From Vicugna vicugna (taxonomy: Eukaryota): a stretch of DNA of 64,000 bases. This document shows, one piece after another, positions 1 to 12,363 of the stretch (position 1 is its first letter; each line of letters begins with the position of its first letter). The stretch lies in the NCBI GenBank assembly GCA_013265495.1, contig MU057718.1, positions 1 to 64,000 on the forward strand. The letters run 5' to 3'. The notes under the pieces were generated by a model. It had not been told where the DNA came from. It saw only the letters and a list, made by a program, of their open reading frames with translations, and made no database searches. The position numbers and the translations under genes are program-made.

Positions 1-249
1 CGGGGGGCGGGGCGGTGGGGTATTAGCCCTGGGACAGAGGGAAGAGGAACAGAAGAGTTAAAAATAAATCCAGTCCATCTCTTCTTTCACGATTTCTTGA
101 AAAGTTATCTTGGTGCTAGTCAGTGCACAGTGAATAAAAACCAAATAATTGTTCCAAACTTTCTATCTACAAGTTGGCCACTCTGCAGACAAAAAGTTCA
201 AATCATCCTCATGATCAGTGAAACTCAAGGGATGCATTTACAGCCTACT

Positions 250-2460
250 GATAAATGAAGAGGTACAGAGGGTGAGGTTTCAACCATCTAGTCAGAGTTC
301 CAGAAGGAGAAGGGGAGAGAGAGAATGGAGGCCATTATTTGAGGTTATAATATTTCAAATATTTGTGCAATAACACTTAAGAATTGTACAGAATTCTATT
401 TACAGGCTATCATCTGGGTGTTTGAGGTGCTTGTCTTTCTTGGGTTGCCACTGCTTCAATGAACAAAGTTGGAGATACGCATTTTTTAGAGAACCTTGAA
501 ATTCAACATTGTAAAATTTATTTGACTACTTAGATTTTACAATTGTACCTCTTTTCCACTTGAAAACTTAATTCCTAATGACATTAAAAGGAACCACAGT
601 AACTTACTCATTTTATTTCAACTTACTGATATCTACCTACCCACACACAAATACTAATACTTCAACATAGCCATATTCATAATACTTAAATAATGAGTTT
701 AATATGTGAAATTTAAGATTTATCTAAAGGTTTTTTTTTAACTGCAGGCTATACATTACTAGCAACAGAGCCAAAATATTGTAGGTTTAGTGCACAAATA
801 TGATTCCTCGTAGTGGGGTTATGCCACCAACTTTATACATAGTTAGATTAAGTTTCATCTCATTTTCAATTTTAATAATTGTTATATTTGGTTATTTTAT
901 TTATTTCACTTTGAGTTACGTAAAATATATACATGATTCCAAGTTCAAAAGTATAAAGCAGAATTTTTACTTGCATCCACATGCTTGTTTTTAATTTTCT
1001 CGTATAATAAAGATGAAATATAACATTTTATGTTCATGCCATTGTATCTTTGGACAGATTATTAGAAATAGGATTCCTGAATTTATAAGATGACCGTGTG
1101 TATACTTTCATTAGGTATTGCAAAAATCCCCTCCATAGACTGGTACCATTTCTCATTCCCATCAGCAATGCTTGAGAATGCATCATTATTTAGAGGCTGG
1201 CCAACAGAATATGTTGTCAGACATTTCATGTTTTGATAATTTGGTAGCTGAATAATGTTCTTGCAGTGTATTATTTTGAAATCCTTTATTATAAGGATTT
1301 ATATATAATAAAGGATTTCTAAATAGGTTTAAGCTTTTCCCATATATTTAAGGGTCACATTTATTTATTTTTATGTGAAAATACTACATAAATATCATTA
1401 ATCTTTCTATTAATTTGTTGGCCATTTTCTTCTCAATTTTTGGAAGTTTTAACAGAATTGTAAAAGAATTAACTTTAGGCCGAACGAATGTTAGTCTAGC
1501 CAGGGAGTCTGAAATAGAACAAAGGAAAGGAAATTAAAGAAAGACATCCATGAACAAAAGCAAGTAAACACTATTCAAGTCACACTTCATAGTAATAAAA
1601 TGTCTTGTGATTAAATAAAATACAATTTTAAAACACGAAAACAGCAAAAGGGTTGGAGTGGTAAATGCATTGACATTGATCTAAGGTCTTTGTTAGCTAA
1701 AAGGAAGCAGAAGATTGAATTAAGTTTACACGTTGAAATGTTAACAATGCTTAATATAAATTATAGGTTAACCATTAAACAAACAGAGTGTGTAATTTTG
1801 AATTTAGTGGAAGGCAATATAAAACTGTTCAATCCCCAGTACCTCCATTAACAAAACAAACAAAAATCTTTTTTAAAAGTCCATAAAAAATAGACGTATT
1901 TGAACAAGTAAAACTTGATAATATTTACTGCCCAAATGCCCTCAGTGATGGAATTCTAAAGGTTATACTTCACAGAAATAAACTCATCTCAGCTGAAGAT
2001 TTGAGGGAAGCAAGCAATCGAGAATAAAAGCAAACATCTGTTTATAAAACAGGAATGACAGTGTCAACTTTCTTAACATTCAAAATTCAAGATAAAACTA
2101 AAATATGCAATCGGTTGTGAAGTAACAATGATCATTAAAACTATATTGAAATACATTCGTATCAATGAATTTTATATTTAAACTAAAATATAAATTAAAT
2201 CTTACGATAGAAAATATAATAAAGTACTAATAAGTGGTTGGCAAAATTATGTCTGTCAAATATAAAGAAAAATAATACTGAAAATGCGTAAGTAGTATCA
2301 AGACAAAGGAGATACTTAACAAAACAAAGGGAAACGTGCATGACGATGAAAGGCACACTTTTCTAAGAAATAAACTTGCATGAACAAACAATATAGCAGA
2401 CAAATAATGCAGAAACAATGACCATGAAAGAACAGATAAAAAATGAAATTATAAAGAAAT
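250..2460. mobile_element. Highly decayed ancient L1 (L1ME-like) fragments, mixed orientation
   Basis: L1 ORF1-like 'catctagtcagagttccagaaggagaa...ttatttgag' at about 285-345; antisense L1 3' motif 'ccatttctcattcccatcagcaatg' at about 1146-1170; A-rich L1-like text to about 2460. Boundaries approximate. Confidence 0.45.
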
Positions 2461-3720
2461 AGCAATGCATTGAATTTGTACTCTGTCCGCCGCCCGCCGC
2501 CGCCGTCGGCCCCCGACGGCCGCCGTCCCCGCACCCTGACAGCAAAGCCTCGCCTCCCAGGAGCAGACTGACCGCCAGACGTGCACCCCGCGAACATGAG
2601 GTAGCAGGGGACGCCCCAGGCCGCGAGGGACGGGTAACAAATCCAGGAGTTCGCAAGCGCAACCCCCTTCCCACCGCAGCTCCGCGACAGCACCGCACAC
2701 GCCTCGAGGGAGCAGGCCATAACCTGAGGGCCGGTCGGAAGTACTCCCGGGCCCTCAGGCGGCCTCCCAACTTCCCGGGGCTGCATTCGCTTGCCCACAC
2801 CCTGGTACAAGCTGCAGCGAATAAACGGGGTTCAGGGACTACTAACGTTGGGGTGGGGGGCACCACGAACCACGGCGGCCGCCCGCACTCGCCTCAGGGT
2901 CCTGAATGGTCGCGCGGTTGGGTCTCACCCACACACCCCCAACCCGTGAGCCTCTCCAAACGCGCAGCCCAGTCCCCAGACCGAATTCTTCCTCTGGAGC
3001 CGCTGCAGGAGCGCCCAGCTTCCCCACGCTCCTGGCAGCTCCGGCGTCCGCCCAGGCGCATCGCCGCGTGCGTGCGCGGAACCACGGGCCGGAGCTCCTG
3101 CTTCTCGGGATGGGGCGAGTGGGGCCGAGCGGAACCGATCGGGGCCTGGCGGGCCAAGCGGGGACGGGCGGCGGGGCGGCGGGGAAGGATCACCCCGCTG
3201 CCCCTCCGGCCAGGTCTCCATACCCAATGCCCCTAGTCCTGGGAACATGTAGCAGGAGAGGCCGCCCCCAGAACAACACACGGGGTAGACAGGAGCAAGT
3301 TGGCTGGCTCCCAGGAGCACACCTTCTCCACGCCGCCGCAGCTCGCCGCCCGCCGCCGCCGCCGCGGCTTGCCCAACGCAGACGCCGCCGCCCGCCGCCG
3401 CCGCCGCCCGCCGCTGCCCCGCACCCTGACAGCAAAGCCTCGCCTCCCAGGAGCAGACTGACCGCCAGACGTGCACCCCGCGAACATGCGGAAGCAGAGG
3501 CCGCCCCAGGCCGCGGGGGAATCGGTAACAAATTCAGGAGTTCGCACGCGCAGCCCCCATCCCACCGCAGCCCCGCGACAGCACCGCACCCGCCTCGCGA
3601 GAGCAGGCCATGACCTGAGGGCCGGTCGGAAGTGCTCCCGGCTCCGGCAGGCGCCCTCCCACCTCCCGGGGCTGCATTCGCTTGCCCAAACCCTGCTACA
3701 AGCTGCAGCGAAGAACCGGA

Positions 3721-4239
3721 NNNNNNNNNNNNNNNNNNNNNNNNNNNNNNNNNNNNNNNNNNNNNNNNNNNNNNNNNNNNNNNNNNNNNNNNNNNNNNNN
3801 NNNNNNNNNNNNNNNNNNNNNNNNNNNNNNNNNNNNNNNNNNNNNNNNNNNNNNNNNNNNNNNNNNNNNNNNNNNNNNNNNNNNNNNNNNNNNNNNNNNN
3901 NNNNNNNNNNNNNNNNNNNNNNNNNNNNNNNNNNNNNNNNNNNNNNNNNNNNNNNNNNNNNNNNNNNNNNNNNNNNNNNNNNNNNNNNNNNNNNNNNNNN
4001 NNNNNNNNNNNNNNNNNNNNNNNNNNNNNNNNNNNNNNNNNNNNNNNNNNNNNNNNNNNNNNNNNNNNNNNNNNNNNNNNNNNNNNNNNNNNNNNNNNNN
4101 NNNNNNNNNNNNNNNNNNNNNNNNNNNNNNNNNNNNNNNNNNNNNNNNNNNNNNNNNNNNNNNNNNNNNNNNNNNNNNNNNNNNNNNNNNNNNNNNNNNN
4201 NNNNNNNNNNNNNNNNNNNNNNNNNNNNNNNNNNNNNNN
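3721..4239. other. Assembly gap (519 N) inside the tandem array
   Basis: Run of N; both flanks are array sequence. Confidence 0.99.
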
Positions 4240-5029
4240 GCCGCCGCCGCCGCCGCAGTTCTCTGTCCGCCGCCCGCCTCCGTCCGCCGCCGCCGCCGCA
4301 CCCTGACAGCAAAGCCTCGCCTCTCAGGAGCAGACTGACCGCCAGACGGGCACCCCGCGAACATGGGGAAGCAGAGGCCGCCCCCAGGACAACACACGGG
4401 GTAGACAGGAGCAAGTTGGCTGGCTCCCAGGAGCACACCTCCTCCACGCCGCCCGCTGCTGCCGCCGCTCGCCGTCCGCCGCCGCACGCCTCTGTCCGAG
4501 GCCGCCCGCCATAACCGCAACCGCCACCGCCCGCCGCTGCCCCGCACCCTGACAGCAAGGCCTCGCCTCCCAGGAGCAGACTGACCGCCAGACGTGCACC
4601 CCGCGAACATGCGGAAGCAGAGGCCGCCCCAGGCCGCGGGGGAATCAGTAACAAATCCAGGAGTTCACAAGCGCAACCCCCTTCCCACCGCAGCTCCGCG
4701 ACAGCACCGCACCCGCCTCGCGGGGGCAGGCCTTGACCTGAGGGCCGGTCGGAAGTGCTCCCGGCTCCGGCAGGCGCCCTCCCACCTCCCGGGGCTGCAT
4801 TCGCTTGCCCAAACCCTGCTACAAGCTGCAGCGAAGAATCGGACTTCAGGAGCTACTAACGTGGGGTGGGGGGCACCACGAACCACGGCGGCCGCCCGCA
4901 CTCGCCTCAGGGTCCTGACTGGCCGCGCGGCTGGGGCCTCACCCACGCACCCCCAACCCGTGAGCCTCTCCAAACGCGCAGCCCAGGCCCCACCCGCCGG
5001 CTCCCCGACCTGCGCGCCCCCACCAGCGC

Positions 5030-5220
5030 CCCCTTACCTGCCCGGCGGCCGCAGAGGAGGCGACGGCAGGCGGTAGCCCAGTCCCCAGACCGCCTTGTTC
5101 CTGGGGACCCGCTGCAGGAGCGCCCAGCTTCCCCAAGCTCCGGGCAGTTCAGGCGCCCGCGCAGGCGCATTCACGCGTGCGTGCGCGCCCCTCCTCCTCC
5201 CGCCGGAAGCGCGGACCCTC
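5030..5220 (-). promoter_or_regulatory. CpG-island promoter / first-exon-like module in the last array copy
   Basis: Minus-strand donor CAG|GTAAG ('cttacctg', 5033-5040); NRF1-type GCGCCTGCGC at 5159-5168; ETS-type CCGGAAG at about 5202-5208; GC boxes at about 5300-5345. Parent gene not recognised. Confidence 0.5.
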
Positions 5221-8200
5221 GTGCTGGGGCTCCTGTTGCTAGGGATGTGGCGAGTGGGGCCGATCGGAACCGATCGGGGCTCGCGGGCCAAGCGGGGACG
5301 GGGGGCGGGGCGGCGAGCAGGGAGGGTAGGCTGGGCGGGCGGGGCTGTGGGGCCGGCCCACACCGTTGACCCTCCCGCCGAGTCTGCATACCCACTGTCC
5401 TGAGTCCTGGGAACCTGCGGGTTAGTGTTTAGGATATAAGGAGTTTAGTGGTGAAAATACAAGCAAAAGAAGTAAAACTTCATCCGGCTCATTAGATATA
5501 TACATAATATTCTTGGCCCATGTATGTATATGTTTATGGGCCAGGAGTTTGCAGACTATCATTGTAACTATGAGGAACGTTAAAAATTAAGAAAGAAAGA
5601 AAAGTATAAAGGTGTACCTAATAATGACTGGGCTTCCTTGGAAAGGGAACAGAGATCTGGAGACAGCGACAGTCTCCAAAAACACATGAGAAAACGTTTA
5701 CTTTTGTATATGTTGTTTCCTTCTGTACCTGTACTGTATGTAAAATTAAGGAAGAAAGGAAGCAAAAATAAAAGAGAAAAAAAGGAAGGAGAAAAGAAAG
5801 GAATCTGGCCATTTATTCTTTAAATATATAGCTAGTATTATCTCCTGTGAGCCAGAGATCTTTCAGAACCCCTCTTAGGACTCAAAGACACCGAAATGGC
5901 AGTTCTCTTCCAAATGCTCCTAATCCAGTATCTCTGTAGCTTTATAACAGTAAAGATGATCTGAAGCAGAGACAAATCAACTCCAAAATCTAAATGCATC
6001 CAAGGTATACCTGTAACAAATTATATATTTGCATATATATTATATATATAACATATATAAGCATACATGTAGATATATACTCAGACATAATATATATGTA
6101 GATATTTTTTAAAGAGATATATCCCCTAAAGTTTCTTCAGAACACTGTATTCCTTTAGTATGATTATCTTGGAAAAGACCTCCAGGCTCTAATTAAATAT
6201 CCAGGGCATTCCCAGGAGAACTCCATTACAAACTTCAATCTAAAGGGTAAGAGATCCTAAGCCCCACTTTTCCTAGGATTTCTGGTACTAGGGTTTTCAT
6301 TACTTGAGAACAAACTGATAAGTCAGCCACCAAAGCTTTTTTTGAATTGCCTTGAATGTAACCCAAAGAGCCCATAGATCTATTCACTCCATTGTCTAAC
6401 TGTAACATTTTGTCTGTTATGTGCCAGGTTCTTGGTGAACAGCTGATCTGCCTAACTGAATAGTAGAACAAATTTGCCTTCTGTCAACTTATGCACTAGA
6501 GTCAAATGGACTCAAAGTCTATCTTTCCTGAGTCTCAGGTGTCATAGCAAGGAAAAAACAAGAGCAAAAATCCATCTACTCCCACTTTTCAGCACTCCTG
6601 GCACTATATACAAAAGAACTCAATATTAAGAGACCTTGTTTCTTATAATCCATTATTGTCAATATCTTCTTCTAATGAAAGATGGAAAGTTGATACCAGA
6701 AACATTTCTATAACTTTATACATTTGCTATTTTTAAGCTTTATTGATTGTATCCTATTTTCAAGATTGTAAAATGACCTGAACCTTTCAAAAGATTCAAA
6801 ATTAAAAAGCAACTATAGATATCTCATTTATTTTTCATTTAAAAGTATCTTTTCTTCTTCAGCTTAAGATTTCCTTTCTTTATGCTTTATTAGCTAAACA
6901 CACACACAAACACACAAACACAAATATTATGAAGCAATATCTGTGTGTATATTTTGTAATAATGAGAGCAATTTAATTATCCACAGTAATTGAATGAAAA
7001 TGTTTAATTCTTAAAAAATTGTATTAACTCAAAAGGCAAGTCTTTTTCTTTTACATTATATCTTTTTGACCCAGGGAATGTCATTTAACCATTATTACTC
7101 AACATATTAGTAATTTATTCTTTGACTTTTAAAATCATATTAATAAAATAATTATTTATTAACTCATGAAAGTGTTTTAGGTACCATGAAGTTTCAAATA
7201 ATATAGTTTTCCTGGAAAGAATATACATTTTAAAGATAAAATCCCTGTCCAAAGAGGTATTTTGATATTTGATACACAATCAATAGCACATAAAGTTACT
7301 TGGATGTTTATACATTTTTAAAATGATATTTTAAGTGGAAACATTGCAGAAGCATTTTCCTTGTTTCTCATTAAGAATTTTGAAATTTTTCTATCTAGAG
7401 GTAGATGCTTAATTACTGATTATTATTCAATCAATATGTTCTTATACAACCACACACAAAAGTTCACTTTTCCAATTTTCTATCATATGAACCCAGGTGT
7501 GAATTTCTTTAGCTGGAAATAATTTTATAAAGCATCAGAAAATTGTTTAAGATCATTTAATGTTACATTAAGATTGGACCACATATCTAAATAAGATGCT
7601 GGTGGAAATTAACTCTATCTAAGTTTTACATGCTATTAATGAAGTAAATAAAGCACCATGGTAGAGTCTTTTATACATTGTGTGTTGTTGTCTATTGTGC
7701 TGCACAAAATTTAAGTTGTGGATTCAGTCCACTTTCTTCTATTATTTAAAAATTCAAGAAAGAATGTCATAAAAATACATATGCCATTCTTTCTAATTAA
7801 AACTATGCATATTTCATTAAGACGTTCTTATGACTTGCCTGGATTGCATGTTATGACACTCTTAACTGAGAAGGAAAGGCCAAGCAGATGACACAGCACA
7901 CTTAAACATTATCCTCTGTGGATCTGCCCACATTAATCGTGCTCTTTATGAACCAAGAAGACATTCTATAATATTAGTTATTGTGGCAGTTTGAGAATAC
8001 TATAAAAAAGTGAATTATTAGGCTTGCCTATCTTTGGAGAAAAATTATTTTATTCCAATAAGAAGCATAAACACAAAATGATACTGACTTTCCTGTCCGC
8101 GGTAACCCCACCCCCACCATCTTAGCAGGCCCTCTCTTTTGGGGGAAGGATTAAATTATCTTATTAGTGCATTTATTATTATCTTTTATACATTCAATTC

Positions 8201-8954
8201 ACCAACCAGTGAAAAGTTGTTCATTGAGACTGACTACACTTAAAAAGCACAAATAGAAATATATTATAATCAGTCTATCTACCCACCTGTCTATTTTTTC
8301 TCCCTATCTCATCTTTCCTTCTCTCCCCCAACCCCCTTTCTCTCTCTCTCACACACACACACACAAACCACATTGCCTGTGGGCAGTTCCGTGTCCTTCC
8401 CTGGTCCCCTGGAATCATGGGTTGTTCCAGTTCCCTAGTCTTGCTCTGTAACATTACCCGTTCTTCTATCTGTGAAATCTATTCTCTCTGCACTTGTCTC
8501 TTTTACTTAAGGGCATTAAAGCTCCCTCTTTGTAGGTATACAGATCTTGTCAATTTCTCTGCTGAACCAAAAAAAAAAAGAAATCTAAAATATTAAAAGT
8601 CATATAATACCTAGAGCAAAAAAAGTATCTTAAAACAGGAGAAAGTGAATAAAACATTGATGAATATAATATTTGGGAAACTCGAAAGCTGACAGGTTGG
8701 AGAACTGTACAGCTAACAATGTTAAGATAGATTTCATGTCAATAGGGTAAAGATTAAATGATTTTATGAATAATAGTTAATCTGGAAATGGTTAATAGGA
8801 TTATGTAAGCAAAGTCAGAAAGGACTGTAGGCCTAACTCATTAGAATAATAGGACAAATTATCCTGGCATTTGTTAGATCAAAGAATAGAGACATGGCTG
8901 ATGATTAAAATATTATAGTACAGGATTTCATTATGAATATGGTATTAGACTTAC

Positions 8955-9299
8955 AGCAAAAATACTTCTAGAATAAAATCTTAATGGCTTCCAAAATAAT
9001 GTTTTTTTCTCCTAACTTTCCACGTTTGCCCCTTTAGACCTCTTCTCACAGGCAGATTGTGTTTGCATGGAGTTTATGATTTGCTAATCATTCTTTTTTT
9101 TTTTAATCAAGTTCTTGTCAGTCTTTAGAGAAAATGATTTAATTTGGTCGTTTTCATGTTCAGATGTACCTGAAAAGGACTGGCTTACATTCAACTCATT
9201 TAAATAGAAGTTGTGAAAAATCTGTGGAATAGGAGAACTGTTTTCCAAGCAAAATAATTTAGAACATACTTGTGATAACTGGCAGCTTATTTTTTCCAT
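8955..9299 (-). pseudogene. Orphan exon-like segment of an unidentified gene, apparently disrupted
   Basis: Acceptor 'tttag|ATG' at 9301/9299 and donor 'GCT|gtaagt' at 8955; length 345 bp. The first 71 codons are open (MEKISCQLSQVCSKLFCLENSS...); stops follow after a 12-A run. Confidence 0.3.
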
Positions 9300-9689
9300 C
9301 TAAATTTACAGACCTAAATCCGAGTATTAGGCAGACTTTCATTTATTTCACATCCAGCTATGCTCCAAGGATTTGGAATCAATTCTGCATAGTGTGGATC
9401 TGAAGGAAAACATGATCCCTGAGATGTAAGATACAGCAATGACAGTCAATTTAGATTTATAAAGTGAACAGAACAAGAAACATCACAAAATACTATCATG
9501 TAAAATTGATAATTTTTGCTAATTTTTCAAACACAAAAGTGTTACATACATTGATTTAAAGTGAAGACATACAAACAAATTAAAATATACCAGAAAGTTT
9601 TGATGTATGAGCTGGTGACTATGAGACTGATATTAATAATTTGCATATGGACAATTAAGAATTGACTGGTTGGTAAATTTTATAAAATA

Positions 9690-9900
9690 CTGGAAAAGTC
9701 ACAGGATTTAGAGTCTGTATTTAGAGACCTGTATTTCAAATTCACTGTCATCACTTACTACCTATGCAACTTCAAGCTCTTTGCATCAATTATGTTAACT
9801 ATCAAAAACCACACCAAAAGTATACCTACCTCATGAAATAGTTGAATGGGTTAATTAATCTACAATGCATGGAAGCATATTATAATTCCTAAAGCTTGGT
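9690..9900 (+). mobile_element. MIR SINE relic
   Basis: 'atttagagtctgtatttagagacctgtatttcaaattcactgtcatcacttactacctatgcaactt...tacctacctcatgaaatagttg' resembles the MIR core. Confidence 0.55.
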
Positions 9901-10169
9901 ATAGTTCTATCTGGGCTTAAATATGCTTTTCATGCTTCCTCTACTTTTACCACAATGACATGTCCCCGTTTGAATAGGTTTATGTCTCTCTTACTATACA
10001 GAACTACAGAGTAAAATTAATGTACTATTTATTTATTATGTATATGTATATATGTCTATATTTGTATCTTTAAATTCACCTTATTTTTAGCTGTTATAAA
10101 TAAACATATATGCATACATGTACACACACAGACATGTATACACACACATGCATTCACACACACATATAT

Positions 10170-11270
10170 AGTCATAATAAGCTGAAAAGGTCAATTGTAA
10201 TCCCTAACACAACCACTAATAAAATACCAAAAAAAAAACCAGAAATGGAAATTTTAAAAGAACAAAAATGGCACACTGCAAAATAAAATTAAACACAAAA
10301 AGGGAGTAATAGAGAATTTGAGAATCAAAAAAGGTACAATATTTAGGAAACAATTAGAAAAATGACAGAAGTAAATCCTTTCATTTGTGTAATTACTTTA
10401 AATATAAATGGACTAACTGCTCTAATAAAAAAACTTAGACAAAATGGATTTTAAAAGAACATTATCCTCTTACATGCTGTTGACAAGAGACTAACTTTAG
10501 ATACATATAAATTGAAATGAAAAGATGGAAAAAAACCTTTTCTTGTGAATAGTAACAAAAAGAGAGCTGGGATGGTATATTAATATAAGACAGAATAAAA
10601 TTTAAGTCAAAAATTACCATAAGTTATAAAGAAGGACATTATACACAGAGGAATGGCCAATCTATTAGAAGACATAACAATTATCAACACACACACCTAC
10701 CAATAAAGCCCCAAAGTACATGAAGCAAAAATTGACAGGACTGAAGAGAGAAATAGATAGTTCCACAATAATTATTGGAAACTTTTACACCTCACTCTCA
10801 GTAATGGGCAGAATAAGACACAAGAGCAATAAGGAAACAGAATATTTAAGTAACACTATCAGCTGACTAGGCCTACCTGATATGCGTAGAATACTCTGCT
10901 CAAGTACATGCATTATCCCATCTGCACATGGAACAGGCTCCAAGTTAGATCGTATATTAGGTCACAGAGCAAGTCTCGGTGAATTTAAAAAATTTAAATC
11001 ATACCAAGTATCTTTTCTGACTACAACAGAATAAAACTAGAAGTCAAGACCAGAAGGAGAAATGGAAAATTTACAACTGTGTACAAATAAAATATCATGT
11101 TTAATGAATCAATGGGTCAAAGAAAACATTTAAAGAAAAATAAGAAAATACTTTGAGATAAATGAAAATGAAGACACAATAATACCAAATGTCTGAAATA
11201 CAGTGATGGCCGTGCTCAGGGGAAATTTATAGCTGTAAAAGCCTAACTTTAAAGAGAATAAAGATTTTAT
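10170..11270 (+). mobile_element. Old L1 fragment (ORF2 endonuclease region)
   Basis: 'aattactttaaatataaatggactaa', 'gacaagagactaactttaga', 'atcttttctgactacaacagaataaaactagaagtcaa'; multiple stops. Confidence 0.85.
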
Positions 11271-11580
11271 ATTCCCCTACTCTGACTAGTTCTCCAATAT
11301 TTTTAAAATACTACTCTCTCTATCCAATTTCTAATCATGGAGAATTCCATCAAATCAATCCTCAGTTCTTTCTTTTCTCTTCCTTTGAACCCTTATCTGT
11401 CTCATACTTTGAACAGATATCTCTGGAGGATGGCTTTGGGATCTCTAACTTTCAGACTGAAGTCTCTTATCTCCAACTTTCTTTCGAAAAGCTCAATTTA
11501 GAGGAACTGGGCTTCTCGATGTTCACAGCTCTCTGATTTCACTTCTTCCTAGTGTCACACTACTTAACAAAATCTGTTTT

Positions 11581-11739
11581 TTTTAATTTTATTTATTTTT
11601 ATTTTTTTAAACTTTTTTGGCAGGGAGAGGTAATTAGGTCTATTTATTTTTATTTATGAACAGACGTACTAGGGACTGAACCCAGGACCTCGCGCTTGCT
11701 AAGCACACACTATACTCCTGAGCTATATACCCTCCTCCC
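11581..11739 (-). mobile_element. Camelid tRNA-derived SINE (Vic-1-like) with TSD
   Basis: Antisense tRNA-like head 'gggactgaacccaggacctcgcgcttgctaagcacacactatactcctgagctatataccc' and a T-rich tail. TSD 'aacaaaatctgtttt' at 11566-11580 and 11740-11754; L1-endonuclease-like TTTT/AA site. Confidence 0.85.
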
Positions 11740-11974
11740 AACAAAATCTGTTTTTAAGGAGATATTTTAAAAACCACCCACTTTTTAAAAATCATTTTTA
11801 CTGTCACTTAAGAACTTCCAAGTCACTCTCCCATTTATTTAACAACCTTTGTCCTGAACAGAGTTATTGTTTCCCTTAATGACTGCACAGCCTTACTTAC
11901 AGGTTTCTATCCATCTAAACTACTGTTTTCCTTGCTCTCTAGAGAGAGTTTTTCATTAAGATGATACTTTTTGC

Positions 11975-12363
11975 AAAACTACACAGACAGTAAGAAGATC
12001 AGCTGCTGCCAGGGGTTGAGGGGCACAGGGTAGGGAAGATGGAACAGGCAGAGCACAGAGAACTTTGTGAAAACGCTCTGTACGCTGTGATATGGATGGA
12101 TACACATCGTTGTGTATTTGTCCAAACTCACAGAGCGTCCAACACCAAGAGTGAGCCCTAATGCAGACTCCTGAGCCCAGGTGGTCACCATGTGTCCATG
12201 AAGGCTCCTACCACTCTGCTGGGAGACCCTGAGAACGGGGAGGTGTGCATGTGTGAGAACAGAGGACATAAGGGAAATCTGTACTTTCCTCTTACTTTTG
12301 CTGTGAATCTAAAACTGCTCTAAAAAGAAAAATTTAAAAAAGCTTTTAAAATTAAAAAAAAAA
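11975..12363 (+). mobile_element. L1MC-like 3' end with A-tail
   Basis: 'gatcagctgctgccaggggttgagg...tttgtccaaactcacagagcgtccaacaccaagagtgagccctaatg...tgctgtgaatctaaaactgctctaaaaa' followed by A-runs. Confidence 0.75.

Larger units (their letters stand above)
2481..5420. repeat. Tandemly amplified GC/CpG-rich unit of about 0.9 kb (macrosatellite-like), at least 3 diverged copies plus a partial sub-copy
   Basis: Anchor 'gcaccctgacagcaa(a/g)gcctcgcctc...gactgaccgccagacg' recurs at 2531, 3421, 4298 and 4544. 'ggggctgcattcgcttgccca' recurs at about 2777, 3668 and 4791. The unit end 'agtcctgggaac' occurs at about 3235 and 5403. (GCC)n tracts are interspersed. Confidence 0.92.

Noticed and set aside
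2316..5403. Many long overlapping ORFs (up to 473 aa)
   Set aside because: They arise from stop-poor GC-rich tandem repeats and read-through of the N gap; Arg/Pro/Ala/Gly-rich on all frames with no recognisable domain.
2481..5420. CRISPR array or rDNA interpretation of the repeats
   Set aside because: Units are hundreds of bp long with no unique spacers, and no rRNA motifs were recognised.
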